This document shows, piece by piece, positions 41,405-55,351 of a stretch of 64,000 bases of DNA (the stretch's first letter is position 1; each line of letters begins with the position of its first letter). The stretch lies in contig CT868052.1 in assembly GCA_000165425.1 (NCBI GenBank), forward strand, positions 124,001-188,000. Reading direction: 5' to 3'. The notes below the pieces were generated by a model, which worked only from the letters and a program-made list of their open reading frames with translations, ran no database searches and was not told the origin of the DNA. A program made the translations under genes and the position numbers. Origin of the DNA: Paramecium tetraurelia. Taxonomy: Eukaryota.

Positions 41405-42659
41405 ATGAATCACTATGATTACTTTAATCCTTTGGAATCTGATTCCAACTCAAGTGATATCCAATATGATAAAGAAGATGAGGATGAAAAGAAATTTGAT
41501 GCATAAATGAAAAAGCAAAAGGGAAATACCAAAAACACATACATCAATAAAATCTCATCTTTGATTAAAATAGCGAATTCTGAATAGGTGGAAGAGAAGT
41601 ATTTTAATAAAATGACAATAGAGGTGGAAAAAAATAAGTTTAAGCTAAGTCGTCAAATTAACTCTTTGGAGGGGCATCAATGGTTGATAAAGAAGATAAA
41701 CTAAAAAAAAATAGAGAATCTGCAAGAAATAGTCGGAAGAGAAAGAAGATTTACTTAGAATTATTAGAAAATAAAGTTACAATATTGTCAGAACAATTGG
41801 AAAGTTTTTAAAAAGTTAATGACTCTACTGCTGATTTGGCTATGAAATTACAACATAAAATAAGCTAAGTTAGTTTATATTATAATTTAGAAATAAGAGT
41901 AAGATCAGAATAAAATGGTCTTATTCTCCAATTTATAAAATACTGTTTAGAATAATGTTAGTGAAATGAACATTGATACTATAATAGAATCATTAAATGT
42001 ATAAATAATAATTTAAATAAGAAAAAATTTGGGGCTGGATCATTTGAAAGGCAACAATAGTTGGATCATTATTTTAACCAAATATATGAAAACTGTCTAT
42101 CTCCTTATCTAAATTATATCATTGGGGCCGCGAAAACAGAATAAGATATTTTCAATGGGTAAAATGGAAATAGTGACTCTGGTGTTTTAAGGAATTTGAA
42201 ATTGACAGAAAAATAAAAGTAGATTCTTTTAAAGAAGCATAAAAAGTTACTCAGATTTTAGAATGATCTTACAAAGTAGTGTTAAAATTTATTTTTAGCA
42301 CTTTATCATCTTTCTAAGAAATTAAAAACCAAATATAGATTGAGTTGAGTTCGTATGGGTAAACTTTAGAATAACTAAGAAAGGAGTTAAAGCCAAATTA
42401 GGTAGGGAAATTCCTTATTGAAATTGAGAAAAAAGATATGCAACATCATTTTAGAGAATAATTCGAAAAATACTTTGGAGCAGAGATGGATGAAGATGAT
42501 TCATTAGACTTATATCAATTTATGGCAGAACATAATTATTGCAATACTCTAGGCATCGATATTCAAAATACTTATCATATTTATAAATAATCAAAACAAT
42601 TTTTAAGTAGAAAGTATGACGTAGATGAATAGAAATAGCAATAAAATAAAGATGAATGA
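41405..42659 (+). CDS. bZIP transcription factor
   Basis: KLKKNRESARNSRKRKKIYLELLENKVTILSEQLE; several tiny introns. Confidence 0.85.
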
Positions 42660-42868
42660 TTATTTAATTATTGATAAGAAAATATTTAAATTATTTCATT
42701 GTTTTTCAAATTTTGAGTTTCAATTAATCATTAACAAGAACAATTTTATTAAATTATCCTCAGAACTAGAATAAGAGTTTAATTAGTTATAGAGAAGTAA
42801 TTTAATAATCTAAATTGATGTAGAAACGAATTATTGTGTATTAATAATAAGTAAATAATTATAATTAA

Positions 42869-44610
42869 ATGAATAACAATAACATCATTCCAATTTAACT
42901 TCTTCAACAGCTACGATTACCAATAAGAAATAAAGATTATAGCACTTCTTTGTAGTCATTTAATTAATTTCTTGGTCAAGCAGAACAATATATAAAATTG
43001 TTCAATCAACAAAATTTAGATCAAATAAAGATTGTTTTTGGAATGATTTTGGAAGTATAATGTTTCTATAATAAAATAGGATTTGGATTTCTTACAATTG
43101 AAACCAGTCATTTAAATTTGGAGAGTCAACTTTACTGATTTATTTTTGAACACATTCAACTTATCATTTGCCAAAGCACTTTGTCAATATTATGTATCAT
43201 TAAGTGAATGTAGTCAAATATTTAAAACTCCATTATTTAATGAAATCTCTAAATAGATTTGCTAGATTTTCTGTATTCTTTGTTGGGATAAAGACATATC
43301 AGATGAAATCAGACATTCAAAATGTTTAAGATCATTTATTCGCATGCTCAGAGTCAATTGCACTGATGATTTACTGGCTTGTCTGGTTATTGTAACAAAA
43401 AATAGCAAGAATTCTGAATATATGACTATAAAAAAGAGTTAAGATTAATTACTTTAGCTCTTTAGAAATAACATCAATAGAGAACTAGTTTAATTGATTA
43501 TAGCCAATATGTGTTTTAATAATGATTAAAGGTTACTTTTTTGGTGTTAAGGAATCTTATAAGTGCTAAAACTAACTTTAGATGCTTCATCACTAACATT
43601 AATATGGAAATTATTATATGATTGTCCTGAAGTCATTGATGAACTCTTAAAATACGCAGAATTCTTCAATCATCTATATAAATAAATAAACACCATCAAT
43701 GAAGAATGTGCATTGATGATTGGTATAATTAGAAAGATATGTGAGAATAATGAACAATACAAATTATAACATATTGAAAACATAGTCAACATCTTTAGCA
43801 ATTTCATAGAAAATAATTAAATGTTATCGCAAAAGTATGAATAATAGCATCCCTCAATCAGGTAATTTATTTTCAAAGAAATATTCTCTTTTTTTGGAAT
43901 TGTTGGTAATTAATATATTTAACCTTAAATAATTCCTCATATTATTAGTTTAATCTATTAAAATAGCAGTGATAATAGATTGCTTACTGTTGGCATAGGC
44001 ATGTTGACCAATCTTAGTACATATTCATAGATTCTTAATATCATATAAAATGACAAATTGTTTTATCAGATTATTTTACAGATTTTAGAACAATTTCATG
44101 ATAAACAACAATTAATAGAATACACCTTAAAACTGATGATTAACACATTAACTAACTAAATCATTTCAATTTAATATGCCTAACCTAGATTTATCATGAA
44201 ATTGTTCTTCATTTGGCATGTGAGTCCTGAGAATGTTTCAGTCAATAATTTAATCATCAGAGTTTTGAGAGGTTTATATGTTATTACAAATGCCAATGCG
44301 TAAATCCTAAGCTAATGCATTAATGAGTTATAGCAGAGAAATAACACATTTGATTTTGTGGATCTTTGTTCCCTAACTATCAATACAAACCTATAATAAA
44401 ATAGACTAGAGAATGTTGTAGAAGTATTTTGATATTATAATCTAGATCTATATGCTTATATCAATAATTCCTAATCTTAAATTAAACAGCATTAAGTTTT
44501 AGAACACAATTAAGTAGTATGTTGAAATCATGAGAGCAAAAGGAGAATTAAAAAAGGCTTTATAAGCAGTATCTCACTTACCAATAGAAGATATTGGATT
44601 ACAATTCTGA
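42869..44610 (+). CDS. Hypothetical alpha-helical (armadillo-like) protein
   Basis: Long open frame of amphipathic helices (e.g. LLTVGIGMLTNLS, EYTLKLMINTL); TGA at 44608-44610. Confidence 0.55.
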
Positions 44611-44977
44611 GTTTATCAGATATTAATATTAAACATACTAATTATCAATATTGTTCTTATTTAATAAATATTTTATATCTTAAAACATAGATTTCCATCT
44701 TAATTATATCATTAATTAATAGATGATATCAAAAACATTATAATAAATTGCATATTAAAAGGAAAATAGATCCAATATTAAATTTTAACAAATATTTCAT
44801 TTATTAAGAGAGAATGTAAAGAAATTAATTTTAATTTCCATTTTTATAATATGATTCAACATAATATATAAGTAAAATTATTGTTTTAAGAATTGAATAG
44901 TGAAAATCAATATAAAGTACATAATATAGTTTCTTAAAAAAAGCTTATGTAATCTAATTAAGGAGATCCTAGATATT

Positions 44978-45807
44978 TCAATTAGGCAAAATCATATGAT
45001 TTAACTATTCAATTTCTTTAATGAAGTTCTAAAAAATCACTTTTAAATCATATTAAAAATTGAAATTATTATGATCCTTGTCCTCAGGGTAAAAAAATGT
45101 TTTTCTTTTAGAAGCCAAGTTTTTGTAAAGGTCCTCTGCCATTTAAATTGGAATAAATTTATCTAGTTTACCATGAATGATGATGCAAGGACATGAAATC
45201 TTATTGGCCCTTTGTACATTATTAAATTAATCCTATAAAGGATGATGAATTTCTACATACTTTTAATAAATTTGCAGCAAAGTAAACATGTTTTTTAGCA
45301 ACAGCTTTTATAGAAGTGAATGGACTCAATAAAATTAATGCTTTTGGTTAATAGATTGATGCTAAGAAGCAAGCTGGGCCAGTTCCAATGGACCTTCCAA
45401 AAATAGTCAGTTTAGAATCAGGAACTCTTAATTCCAAATTAATATAAATAAAGACATCTTCTGCATCCTTCTCAATTTATTGCTAAGAAGGTTCAGCTTA
45501 TGTGTAAATCCCATATCCTGGATATTCCATACAAATGACATTTACATTAAGTCCTTAACTCAAACCAGATGTAAACTCATAACATGTGCCTCTTTTAAAT
45601 TAAAAATAAAACTTACATATCCTCGGCATTACTATGAAAATACAAGAGATATTCATCTGAGTTGGCTTTGATGAATAAACAAGGAATTTAATGTTTATTT
45701 TGCTTTGTTCTGATAAATAATAGTTTAAGTTTTTAATGACCATCAAAAGTCTTGTAATTGTAAGAAGGTTATGGATTCAAGTAAATTAATTTATTGAGAC
45801 TCAGCAT
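44978..45807 (-). CDS. ABHD17/ABHD13-like alpha/beta hydrolase (putative depalmitoylase family)
   Basis: VFFHSNAED-type motif, EYPGYG, FGRSIGTGP (Ser), LSPFTSI, IIHGKLD (Asp), DHNN (His). Confidence 0.85.
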
Positions 45808-46425
45808 GATAATATAAATAATATTAATTGTCAATAAACCTAAATATAAACCTGAAATAACAAATAAATTAAAGAATTTTTAACACCATAATAATAATTT
45901 TCTAAATTCTTCCAATCACTATCAACAAATTTTAAAAGTTTTAATAAAGCTTTCATTTGAAATAGTGCTATTAAAGAAACCTTTATGTAAAATATCTAAA
46001 ACTAATAAGAGCTATTGTTGTTATTAAAAATAATTTTTTATAGTAGTGTTGAATCTCTTTAATAATAGGATTTAAATTGCAAAGTTTCCAAAACTGATAC
46101 ATTATTTATGATTTTATGTTACTTACTCAGGTATATAAATTAAATGATAGGATTATTATTTACAATTAATAGAAGTTACTAATATCATTTATTAATTAAC
46201 ATTATTAACCACTTGTATTATAAGATGTTTCCATCTTATTTTCAAGTAATTAATATAATATTTGGCTTAACCTTATTTGAGTTGCTTTATTAGATAGAGA
46301 TTAGAAAACTATTTAATAAAATTAAGGATTAACTCTTTCATTTATTTGAGTATTAAATAGTATTTCTTTAATTTATTTTATTTTTCTAGATATTACTAAT
46401 AAAAAATTTTTCTTTATTTATTTAT

Positions 46426-46941
46426 ATGTACTAAGTAAGTATAGATAAATCTTTAGAAACACCAAGTTTACAAGAACCTAATAAGTTAAAAGTAATAAAG
46501 AATTATTCTGAACTATAAGATTCCAATGCAGTTATTACAATTAAAACAAAAGGGAATAAATTTATCTTGTCCAAACTATACCCATATTACTACATAAAGC
46601 ATAATTCATTATTGCTTGAATACATTAGTGAGCATGAGATAAAATCATTTTTAGATGATTTGAACAGAATAATAGCAAACAATTGGCCACCAAAAAAATT
46701 AATACTTTTATCATACTTACTCATCCCTTTATCCTGCGGATTTTCTTTATTGTGCCCATATTATTGCTTCAATAATGCTGAAAGATTTGTGGCTTGGAAA
46801 ATTGAGGAATACAACATAAAATGGGAAGATAAAGGTTTAAAATTGAAATGGCAAGATGAAATGATATAAATTCATTTATACAATAAAAGAGGAAGACCAG
46901 ATTACGATGATTATCATGATATAGATGTTATAATATCATGA
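46426..46941 (+). CDS. ERF4/GOLGA7-like palmitoyltransferase accessory protein
   Basis: LLEYISEHEIKSFLDDLNRII...LLIPLSCGFSLLCPYYC...IEEYNIKWEDKGLKLKW fits the ERF4/golgin A7 pattern; 171 aa. Confidence 0.65.
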
Positions 46942-47338
46942 ATTAGCGACTTCAATTATATATATATATAAATATAAAGAGATTCTTAAGGTCGCCCCAT
47001 TTATAAATGTTGTTGCATTCAATAATAAAGAATTTACAATCTTGAAATTATTTTTAATTTAAAGACTCAGATTAGAATTTATTCTTGAATATCATAATTG
47101 TAACTTAGAAGTTCTGCTTTGATTGAATATAATATAATAAATGCCAATAATTATGTACTATTTAGAGAATGATAGTTGTAATTTATTAATATTATAAACA
47201 GATTATTTGGCCAAATTAGTTAATAACCATAAATATGTATTATTTGAGTGATATTTTGTAAATTAGATTAAGAATTTTGTAAACAATGAAAAACATCGAA
47301 CTTACATAATATCTATTAATATATGTATTATTAAATTA

Positions 47339-48164
47339 TCACTCTTGTTGTATTTAAGAATTAGGATTAAATCCTTCTAATTTAGCAATATAATCTTTTA
47401 ATTCTTAGGCATTTAAATGTGTAAATTTAAGATTCTTACCCAATATTCCAACTTCTACGTTTTTCTCATTTAATCTATGATATTTATAAAATCTTAAAAT
47501 ACTCTTCATCTTCCATAATAGCCTTCTTGATAGCACTTAATCCATGTAAAACGAGTTATTCTAAAGTGCTTTTTTCAAAAAGATGGAACCAACTTTCGAA
47601 GTAAGTTCTAGCAGCTTAAGATCTTGAACCTATAGCTTAGCATTTATATTCATAATAATTGCCAGATGGACAAGTTTCAAATAAATGAACACCGTTTGGA
47701 TCAATACCAGCAACTAGTAGTCCTACTCCATAAGGTCTCTTAGCCCCACTTTAAGTTTTGTGTTGAGACTCTTTAACATTCGATATATTTCATACTTTCT
47801 GCAACTTTGAAAACTAATCTTCCTACTGGATGATGAGATTCATAAGTATATTTATATTCTAAGCATTCTGTTCTCATATATTTGCATAAAACACCTGTTT
47901 TGATATATATCAGTAAATACGTGCATCTGCTGTTAATCCAGCAATAGCAATAGCCATATGATCATCTATTTTAAATTATTTCTCTTAGTAGCCTGCTAAT
48001 TCAGATGGTTGTCTTTTGAGACTGCATAATACAACATTTTCGCTTGATTTGAGTCCCAAGCATATGCTTCCTTATTTGACAGCTTCCATAGCATATTCTA
48101 CTTAGAATAATTTGCCTTATGGTGACCAAGTGACACAGTCTGTATCGTACAGATGCTTTAGCAT
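47339..48164 (-). CDS. PSMA1: 20S proteasome subunit alpha-6 (alpha type-1, PRE5 orthologue)
   Basis: [63 protein letters not shown]. Confidence 0.93.
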
Positions 48165-48492
48165 TAATATTTAAATATAAATTTATCACATTGGGATTTT
48201 CACAAAATATATTAGTTAATTTCAATAATCTTCAAAAGAAATTTAGTAAGCTCAATGATGAAAAATGGATTTAAATTCTTAGGTTTAATATTGTTCATTG
48301 AAACTCTACTATAAGATTTCCTTTAGTTAATTAATATTAATACACTTAATTATAATTGGTTATTAAGCCATGCATAGAAAAATATGAAATTCTGTTAAAA
48401 TTATATTAATCATTTATTGGTGAATAATAAATAGATTTGCATAATTATTTTTGGATTGGCTATTTGTCTTTTATTAATTAAATTTATTGCAA

Positions 48493-50016
48493 ATGCTTCA
48501 AAATATAGCTCAAAAAAGAGAGAAGTTTATTATTGGACTTAAGAAAAAAGCAAGGGAGGAAACATTCAGAAAAAACAGATTCCCATAATCGAAAAACGTA
48601 ATTCCATTTTCTTCTAGCAATGATATATTTTAATCATCATATTACGAGGCATTCGAAAAAGGCAATCAATAGGTAATTTAATCAATATTATAGAAGAAAT
48701 TTAACTTTATGAATGATGATCTAGAAATAGGAGAAACAATGACAGACTGCATTTTCAAGGTTTAGTAATTAAACAATTATTACAACGAATATGATTGCGA
48801 ACCTGACTATGATACTACAAAAGATGTTGAACGAATATTCAAGATATTCAATATGGGCTATCCTTAAATAGATGTAGATATAAATATTATTTTTCAGAAA
48901 TCTTGCTTGCATATATTGTTGGCCATCTCAGCAGGAAATCATCAGCAAGTTCAACCTATTCATGAATACATACAATAGCTGACAGACTATTACAATTCCA
49001 CCTACTATACAGAATTACAATAGTACATTTTGGATATTTTCGCAAATTTAGCCTGCGATTGCTATCAATGTCGAGACTTGATTTTAGTACTAGAAGTTCC
49101 AAAACATTTATGGTACAATTTATAATAAATTAAGGAAATACACACTCTAATGCAAACAGAAATGTCTTTTTGATGACTTTTATTCTATGATTATAAATTT
49201 GGATAGAATGAAACCAGAAATTAATAAATTTAAATTAATCTAGTTACATTAAATATTATAAGATCTCTACATCTAGCTATATAATGCTGAGGAAAAGAAG
49301 TAGATTCTAAAAATTATGAACAGAATTTATTCTTATGATAAATCCAAATTAGATTTGAGTTTTTTGAATTATCTATTAAAAGGGGATCATGAGAACATGT
49401 AATTATCTGGAGAAATATTTAAATATTTTTAATATGTATCTTTATTAGGTAATCTATTTTTTTTAATATATTAGATAATGAAATTACTTTAAACTTTCAA
49501 TCTCAGATGGCTCATACTATAATAAAAACAATAAACAAATACATGGAATAAGATAATATTTCAAGAGCAGAATTAAAATCTTTAGTCAAAAAAGGATTTG
49601 TGACACTGAGTAACTTTATTACAGATGATCCACAAAATGTCAATGAGTTCTGGGAAGACATACTCCCTTATGCATAAAACATCCCTTCGATATTTTTAGA
49701 GGTGGATGACTTTTTTTTGTTTCTCCACAATCTCATCAAATTTTCAAAGGACGAAGATGTAATTAAATTGAATAGAGACTATAAATTAATTAAGTAAATA
49801 GCTTAAGAAATAAATGACTATTGCGAAGAAAAAGATAGTCAATTTTTATTCAATATTCTTTCCATTTTATACAGACTTTTAAATATAGATGATGCTAATG
49901 TGAAAATATTTAATGAAGAAGATTGCGAATCCAGAATTTTATATATTTAACAAATGAACATTTCAGATGAAAATTACGAATTAACAAATATGATTTTAGA
50001 TAGGCTTGATTAATGA
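48493..50016 (+). CDS. Divergent importin-alpha-like ARM protein
   Basis: IBB-like AQKREKFIIGLKKKAREETFRKNR; ARM-like ILLAISAGNHQQVQ and ILDIFANLACDCYQCRDLIL (compare WALGNIAGDSPECRDLVL). Confidence 0.65.
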
Positions 50017-50366
50017 TTAGATTTTTTCATATTCTTTCATTAACCTATGAAATTTTTCAATAAAATTAATAATATTCTTAAAATTACACTTTAGAGAAGA
50101 TATAAGTTAAGGTGATTTTATTTCTGCTATTATATAATCTTCAGAAAAATTGGTAGAAGACCTTAAGGAATTGCAGGGAAATATCCCTTTGCAAAAGTAA
50201 AATTACAAGAACAACCTCAGAAGATTAAAGAATTTAAAAGTACTTCTTATAGTTTGGAAAACAAAGTAAATAGTATTATACTATTTATAATTATACATAT
50301 TTAATATAATTTTTCATAAGCCATATAAGCAATAATAATATTAAAAAATACAATTTAAGGGAAGGA

Positions 50367-51745
50367 ATGAATCTTTTCAAGTAGAAAGTGACTTATTATT
50401 ATGATGAAGAGTTTGGCACCTTTAATTATTCAACAACTCACCCTATGAAACCTTTAAGAGTAGCTATCACAGATGATTTAGTTGGTCATTATGGATTAAA
50501 ATAATATATGAATTGTATTGTAAGATGTATTAATTTAGGTTTAGGATCAATCTTTTGTTTAAACCTATATCAAAAGAGTCGATGAGGATGTATTGACTTA
50601 ATTTCATTCAGAGGAATATATAAATTTAATCAAGATAATTACTCCTGAAAATAAATGCTAACATGAAGATCAACTTTATAGATGTAAATGAATGACAATT
50701 TAAAAATATAGTCAATTTTATGGAAGATTGCCCAGTTTTGGATAGGTTATTTGATTTTTGTTTGTGTCAGACTTCTGGCTCTGTTGGAGCTGCTTGTGTA
50801 ATCGCAGATTAAAAGAGTAATATCGCTATAAATTGGAGTGGTGGATTACATCATGCAAAATAAAGTGAAGCAAGTGGATTTTGCTATGTTAATGATTGTG
50901 TATTAGGAATATTAGAGTTATTGAAAACATATTAAAGAGTACTTTACATTGATATTGATATTCATCATGGAGATGGAGTAGAGGAAGCATTTTATTTAAC
51001 AGACAGAGTTATGACTTGTTCATTTCATAAATTTAAGGAATACTTTCCTGGAACTGGGCATATTGATGATATTGGCCATGACAAAGGAAAGTATTATGCA
51101 GTTAATTTCCCCTTAAATGAAGGCTTAAATGATGATTCCATTTAATTAATATTCAAACCTGTTATTGATAGCATTATGGAAAATTTTAGACCAGATGTTG
51201 TAATGTTGCAAGGAGGAACTGATAGTCTCAGTGGAGATCGGTTGGGTTGTTTTAATTTAAGCATCAAAGGTTTTTACATAATAATATTGCTTAGGCCATG
51301 GTTCTTGCACTGAATATCTGAAAAAATTTAATGTCCCCATCATAATGGTAGGTGGTGGAGGATATACACTGAGAAATGTTCCACGTTGTTGGACCTATGA
51401 AACTTCCTTAGCCTTAAATGTACCCATTCCTGACAATATTCCAGATGAATCTGATTATAAGATCTACTTTGGTCCAGAATATAAATTGCATCTGCCTATA
51501 TCTAATATGGAAGAGCAGAATTCAAAGGAATATTTAGAGAAAAATATGTAATTCTTCTATGCAATATAATAGAGTTTAGATCTTAGAGAATTTAAAATAA
51601 ATTCGAGCCAGGTTGTGCATAAATTGATCATTATGCTATTGGTAAGGAGAGTAGATAAAAGATTGACTATTAAGAATTATTCTCATCATATAACGATAAG
51701 AGAGAAGAAATGTAATTAGAATAAAACTAAGACTAATAAGAATGA
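50367..51745 (+). CDS. Class I histone deacetylase (RPD3/HDAC1-like)
   Basis: [65 protein letters not shown]. Confidence 0.95.
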
Positions 51746-51809
51746 AACAATAACATCGAGTAGATATTTATAAAATAAATATTTTGTTTTTGTTTTAATA
51801 ATTAAATTA

Positions 51810-51957
51810 TCATTTCTTTTTGTTAAAAGGTCCTTTTCTTTTATTATTATTATTATTACTATTATTATTATTATTATTATTACCTATTATTATTATTATT
51901 ATTATTACTATTATTAATTATTATTATTATTACTATTATTATTATTATTATTATTAC

Positions 51958-51996
<39 letters not shown>

Positions 51997-53956
51997 GGCT
52001 TCTATTATTATTATTATTATTATTATTATGGCTTCTATTATTATTATTATTATTCAACTTTTGGAGATGCTTATTTTTCTGCTTATTTAGGTGGTTCATT
52101 TAATTATGGTTTTTCTTATGCTTATGCAATTTTTTATCTTGCAATTTATTCAGTTTTATCTAAACCAAGTTTGACCAACTCTTATTCTTCTGCAGGAAGT
52201 ACCTATAAATATAATATTCTATTTATACGTTTTATAAACCAGCATAATTAGCCAATTTTTAAGCTTTTGGTACAATATTAGATGAGAAGTCTTAGAAATC
52301 CAAAACATAATTTTAAATTAATCCAAGACTGTCATTCCAAGCTCTTTTAGCGGAATTTCTAGAATCCTTCTTATTAGACTAATCTTGCGGAATGATTAAC
52401 AAAGATTTTGCTGAAAGCCAAAGGTGATGCCTTGTATAATTCTTCAACTAATTCGATTTCAGCTGATGAATCTCCTTCAAAGTAATCCTTGTATTAAAGG
52501 ACTAAATAATAATATATTAATATTACATCCTTCCTTAGCTGCAAGATTGTAATAGTCCTTTTCAGCCGATAAGAGTGCAAATTCATTTTCAGATTTAACT
52601 GCACTTTATAGATTCTTGAAGACAGCGACATATTCTGGGTCTTTGGTCATTCTTGCCAAATGTCTTTCAATCAATCTTCTTTCTCTAGCTTAATAATCTT
52701 TGGTGCAATCAAATGCTAATCTATATTTGAATCTCCACAATTTCTTTTCAAGAAGTGAAGTTTAATCTTCTTCAGGATTATGAGTATAGGCTTCTTAGAA
52801 GTCAAATCTGAGAGGACTATATTTAGGATCAACTTAAGCAACAGCCTCATCAATTCTCTATTCAACTTATTCGTCATCCTTGTATAATTCTTGATCTGTT
52901 TCAAAGTAATCATTGTATAATTGTTCTTCTTCAGTAAGACCTCCATAGAAGTAAGTGTAATTATTCTCCCATCTTTCCTTTTATCTTAATCTCATTCTTC
53001 TTTCTCTTCTGGCATGATTAGCAAAATCAAGATATTCTCTAACATGGAATCTGTTCACTTTTCTTTCTAATCTCTCTTAGATAGCCAACACTTTCTCTGC
53101 TTCAATGACAGCAGCATATGTAGCCTTTTACATAGGTAATTTGTATTTTGGATTTCTGTAGATTCTTTCTTCATTGTAGCCTGCTTATTTCAATTATTAA
53201 TCGATGTATTTTAATTTATCTTCACCGTGCTAAAATCTCCACATTCTATAGGCTGGATCAACTAGTAATCTATCGTGTACATCGTTATCCATTGTTACCA
53301 TGATGTTTTATTCATACAATGCACTTTCAAACAGGGAAGCACTCTCTGTGAGTCCACATTTTGAACATATTAATGGATTAAATATTTTCATTCTAAAATA
53401 ATTGATTTATTTTACATCCAATTCAAAGATATCAATAGGATGGAATGAATCTCTATAGTAGGACATTTCCTCATCTTCTTATTATCTGAGTCTGACTAGT
53501 TTGAAAACTTGACCGCACATTGGGCATCTCTATAATGGACCTTCTCTAAGCATAAAGAGATGGATTTCGTGTTGTTCATAATCATCTTCATTCTGCAAAC
53601 CAGTGCATCCAACATATCTGAAGGGAGTATCAGCGGTGAAAATCACGCAGGGGTTGTCTACTGTACCAAAGTTGACTGTTTAGATATTATCTAAGTTATT
53701 GTAAACTTGTAAATGGAAAGGATTTCCAGAATAGGCAGCATAATATTCATGAAGCACTTCATCAAATGCCTGATAAGTCAAATTTGGTGTCATTGAACTG
53801 TGCACACCATCTTATCGTACATATGACTTTATATGCCTGATTGGGGCTGTAATCTTTCCATAGATGTTAGTATATTACCACACTTTTTAGAGTCTTGAAT
53901 GTATCCAACACATTAAATGTAGAGGAGAATGACTTCTTACTCACTAACCTCAGCAT
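51810..53956 (-). CDS. COX5B: Cytochrome c oxidase subunit 5B, long ciliate-type form with C-terminal polyQ
   Basis: Presequence MLRLVSKKSFSS; FGTVDNP...RYVGCTG...HEIH...LREGPLQRCPMCGQVFKL zinc domain; followed by a helical extension of several hundred residues. Confidence 0.85.
51841..52053 (-). repeat. (TAA/TAG)n trinucleotide repeat in the COX5B 3' coding region
   Basis: About 210 bp of TTA/CTA on the plus strand, interrupted twice by a Lys-Pro unit and by single-base phase shifts. Confidence 0.95.
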
Positions 53957-54309
53957 ATTTAAATCTTTATTTTATTAATAATTATATCCGAATATCATGC
54001 TTTAAATAGGTATTACATAAATAAAGTGCATCTCACTCTTTCAGTTTGACTAATTTCTTAATCGTGAAAGGCAATTTAAATTTGTTGTGAATTCATTTTA
54101 AACTATATATATATACACTAGAATATAGAAAGAGAATTATTAAACCAAGGTCGTAATTTTAAACTGACTATTATTAAGTAATTGTTTTATAGAAAAGTTG
54201 TATAACTCATAATTTCAGTATGTTTATCAGCTCTTTTGTCTTTCCAAGTTGTACCCATCATATCCTTTTATTGATAGATGTATTTAATTTAATTATTATA
54301 TCAATTAAA

Positions 54310-55269
54310 ATGGGAAGTTGTTCTGGGTTATGTTCAAAATTTACTGTTGAAAAACCAATAATAGTTAATGTTTCAGAGATTGAAGTAGTAGAAGGGGCTC
54401 TCAGTGATGAGTATTATCATCTATCAGCCCAAATGTCATAGTAGGTGGAGGAGAAACAGATTTTGAGATTGGAGACAGGTGCAATATATGAGGGAGAATT
54501 ATTGAATGGAGTCAGACATGGAAGAGGAAAGCAAATTTGGCCAGATGGTAATTAATTAAATGAAAAAAGGATCTTATTATATAGGAGATTTTTTTAATGA
54601 TAAGGCTTAAGGTCATGGCAAATTAGTGAATATAAGTGGTAACATATACGAGGGATCATGGATGGATGATAAGGCAAATGGAGTTGGAAAATTTATGAGT
54701 ACGGATGGATCATATTATGAGGGTGAATGGTTGAATGACAAATAGCATGGATATGGGAAAGAATAATGTTCAAGTAAAATTAGAAAGCCATAATTATTTA
54801 GATGGCTCTTTTTATGATGGCGAATTTTATAAAGGGGCAAGACATGGAAAGGGAAAACTAGTTACTAAAGATGGATGCCAGTATGTTGGAACTTTTGAAA
54901 ATGGAGTAATCAGTGGAAAAGGTATGTATGTATATCCAACTGAGATAAGGTACATATAAATGGGCGGATGGGAAAACCTATGAAGGAGATTTCAAACATG
55001 GACAATTATGGGGAAAAGGTGTTATGAGATGGGAGGATGATAGAGAGTATGTGGGAGAGTTTAAAGAAGATAAAAGACATGGCTTTGGAACTTATAAGTG
55101 GAATGGGAGAAAATACATGGGAGAATGGTTAAATGGACAATAGCATGGAAAAGGTGTCTATATAAGAGAGGATGGACAGTAAAGAGAGGGAATCTGGCAG
55201 TATGGAATTAGAGTAAGGTGGAATGATAAGTTATAAACCTAATAAGAATAGGAAACTACTCAAAACTGA
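54310..55269 (+). CDS. MORN-repeat protein with N-terminal MGSC acylation motif
   Basis: Repeated YEGE...HGKG / YxGxF..GxxHG units; begins MGSCSGLCS. Confidence 0.9.
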
Positions 55270-55351
55270 AGTACTTATTTTGTTTCTATAAATTAATCTC
55301 AAAGCTGTTAGCTGTCACTTAAATTTAAAATAATATTTCATTATATAATAA

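Noticed and set aside
46946..46996. GCGAC...GTCGC inverted repeat around a (TA)n run after the ERF4-like stop
   Set aside because: Only a 5-7 bp stem with no snoRNA, SECIS or tRNA features.
50047..50366. Possible upstream exons extending the HDAC N-terminus
   Set aside because: Would need an atypical ~55-nt intron and still does not join the HDAC frame.
51820..52251. Poly-Leu/Ile/Tyr ORF on the plus strand
   Set aside because: Antisense reading of the COX5B TAA repeat.
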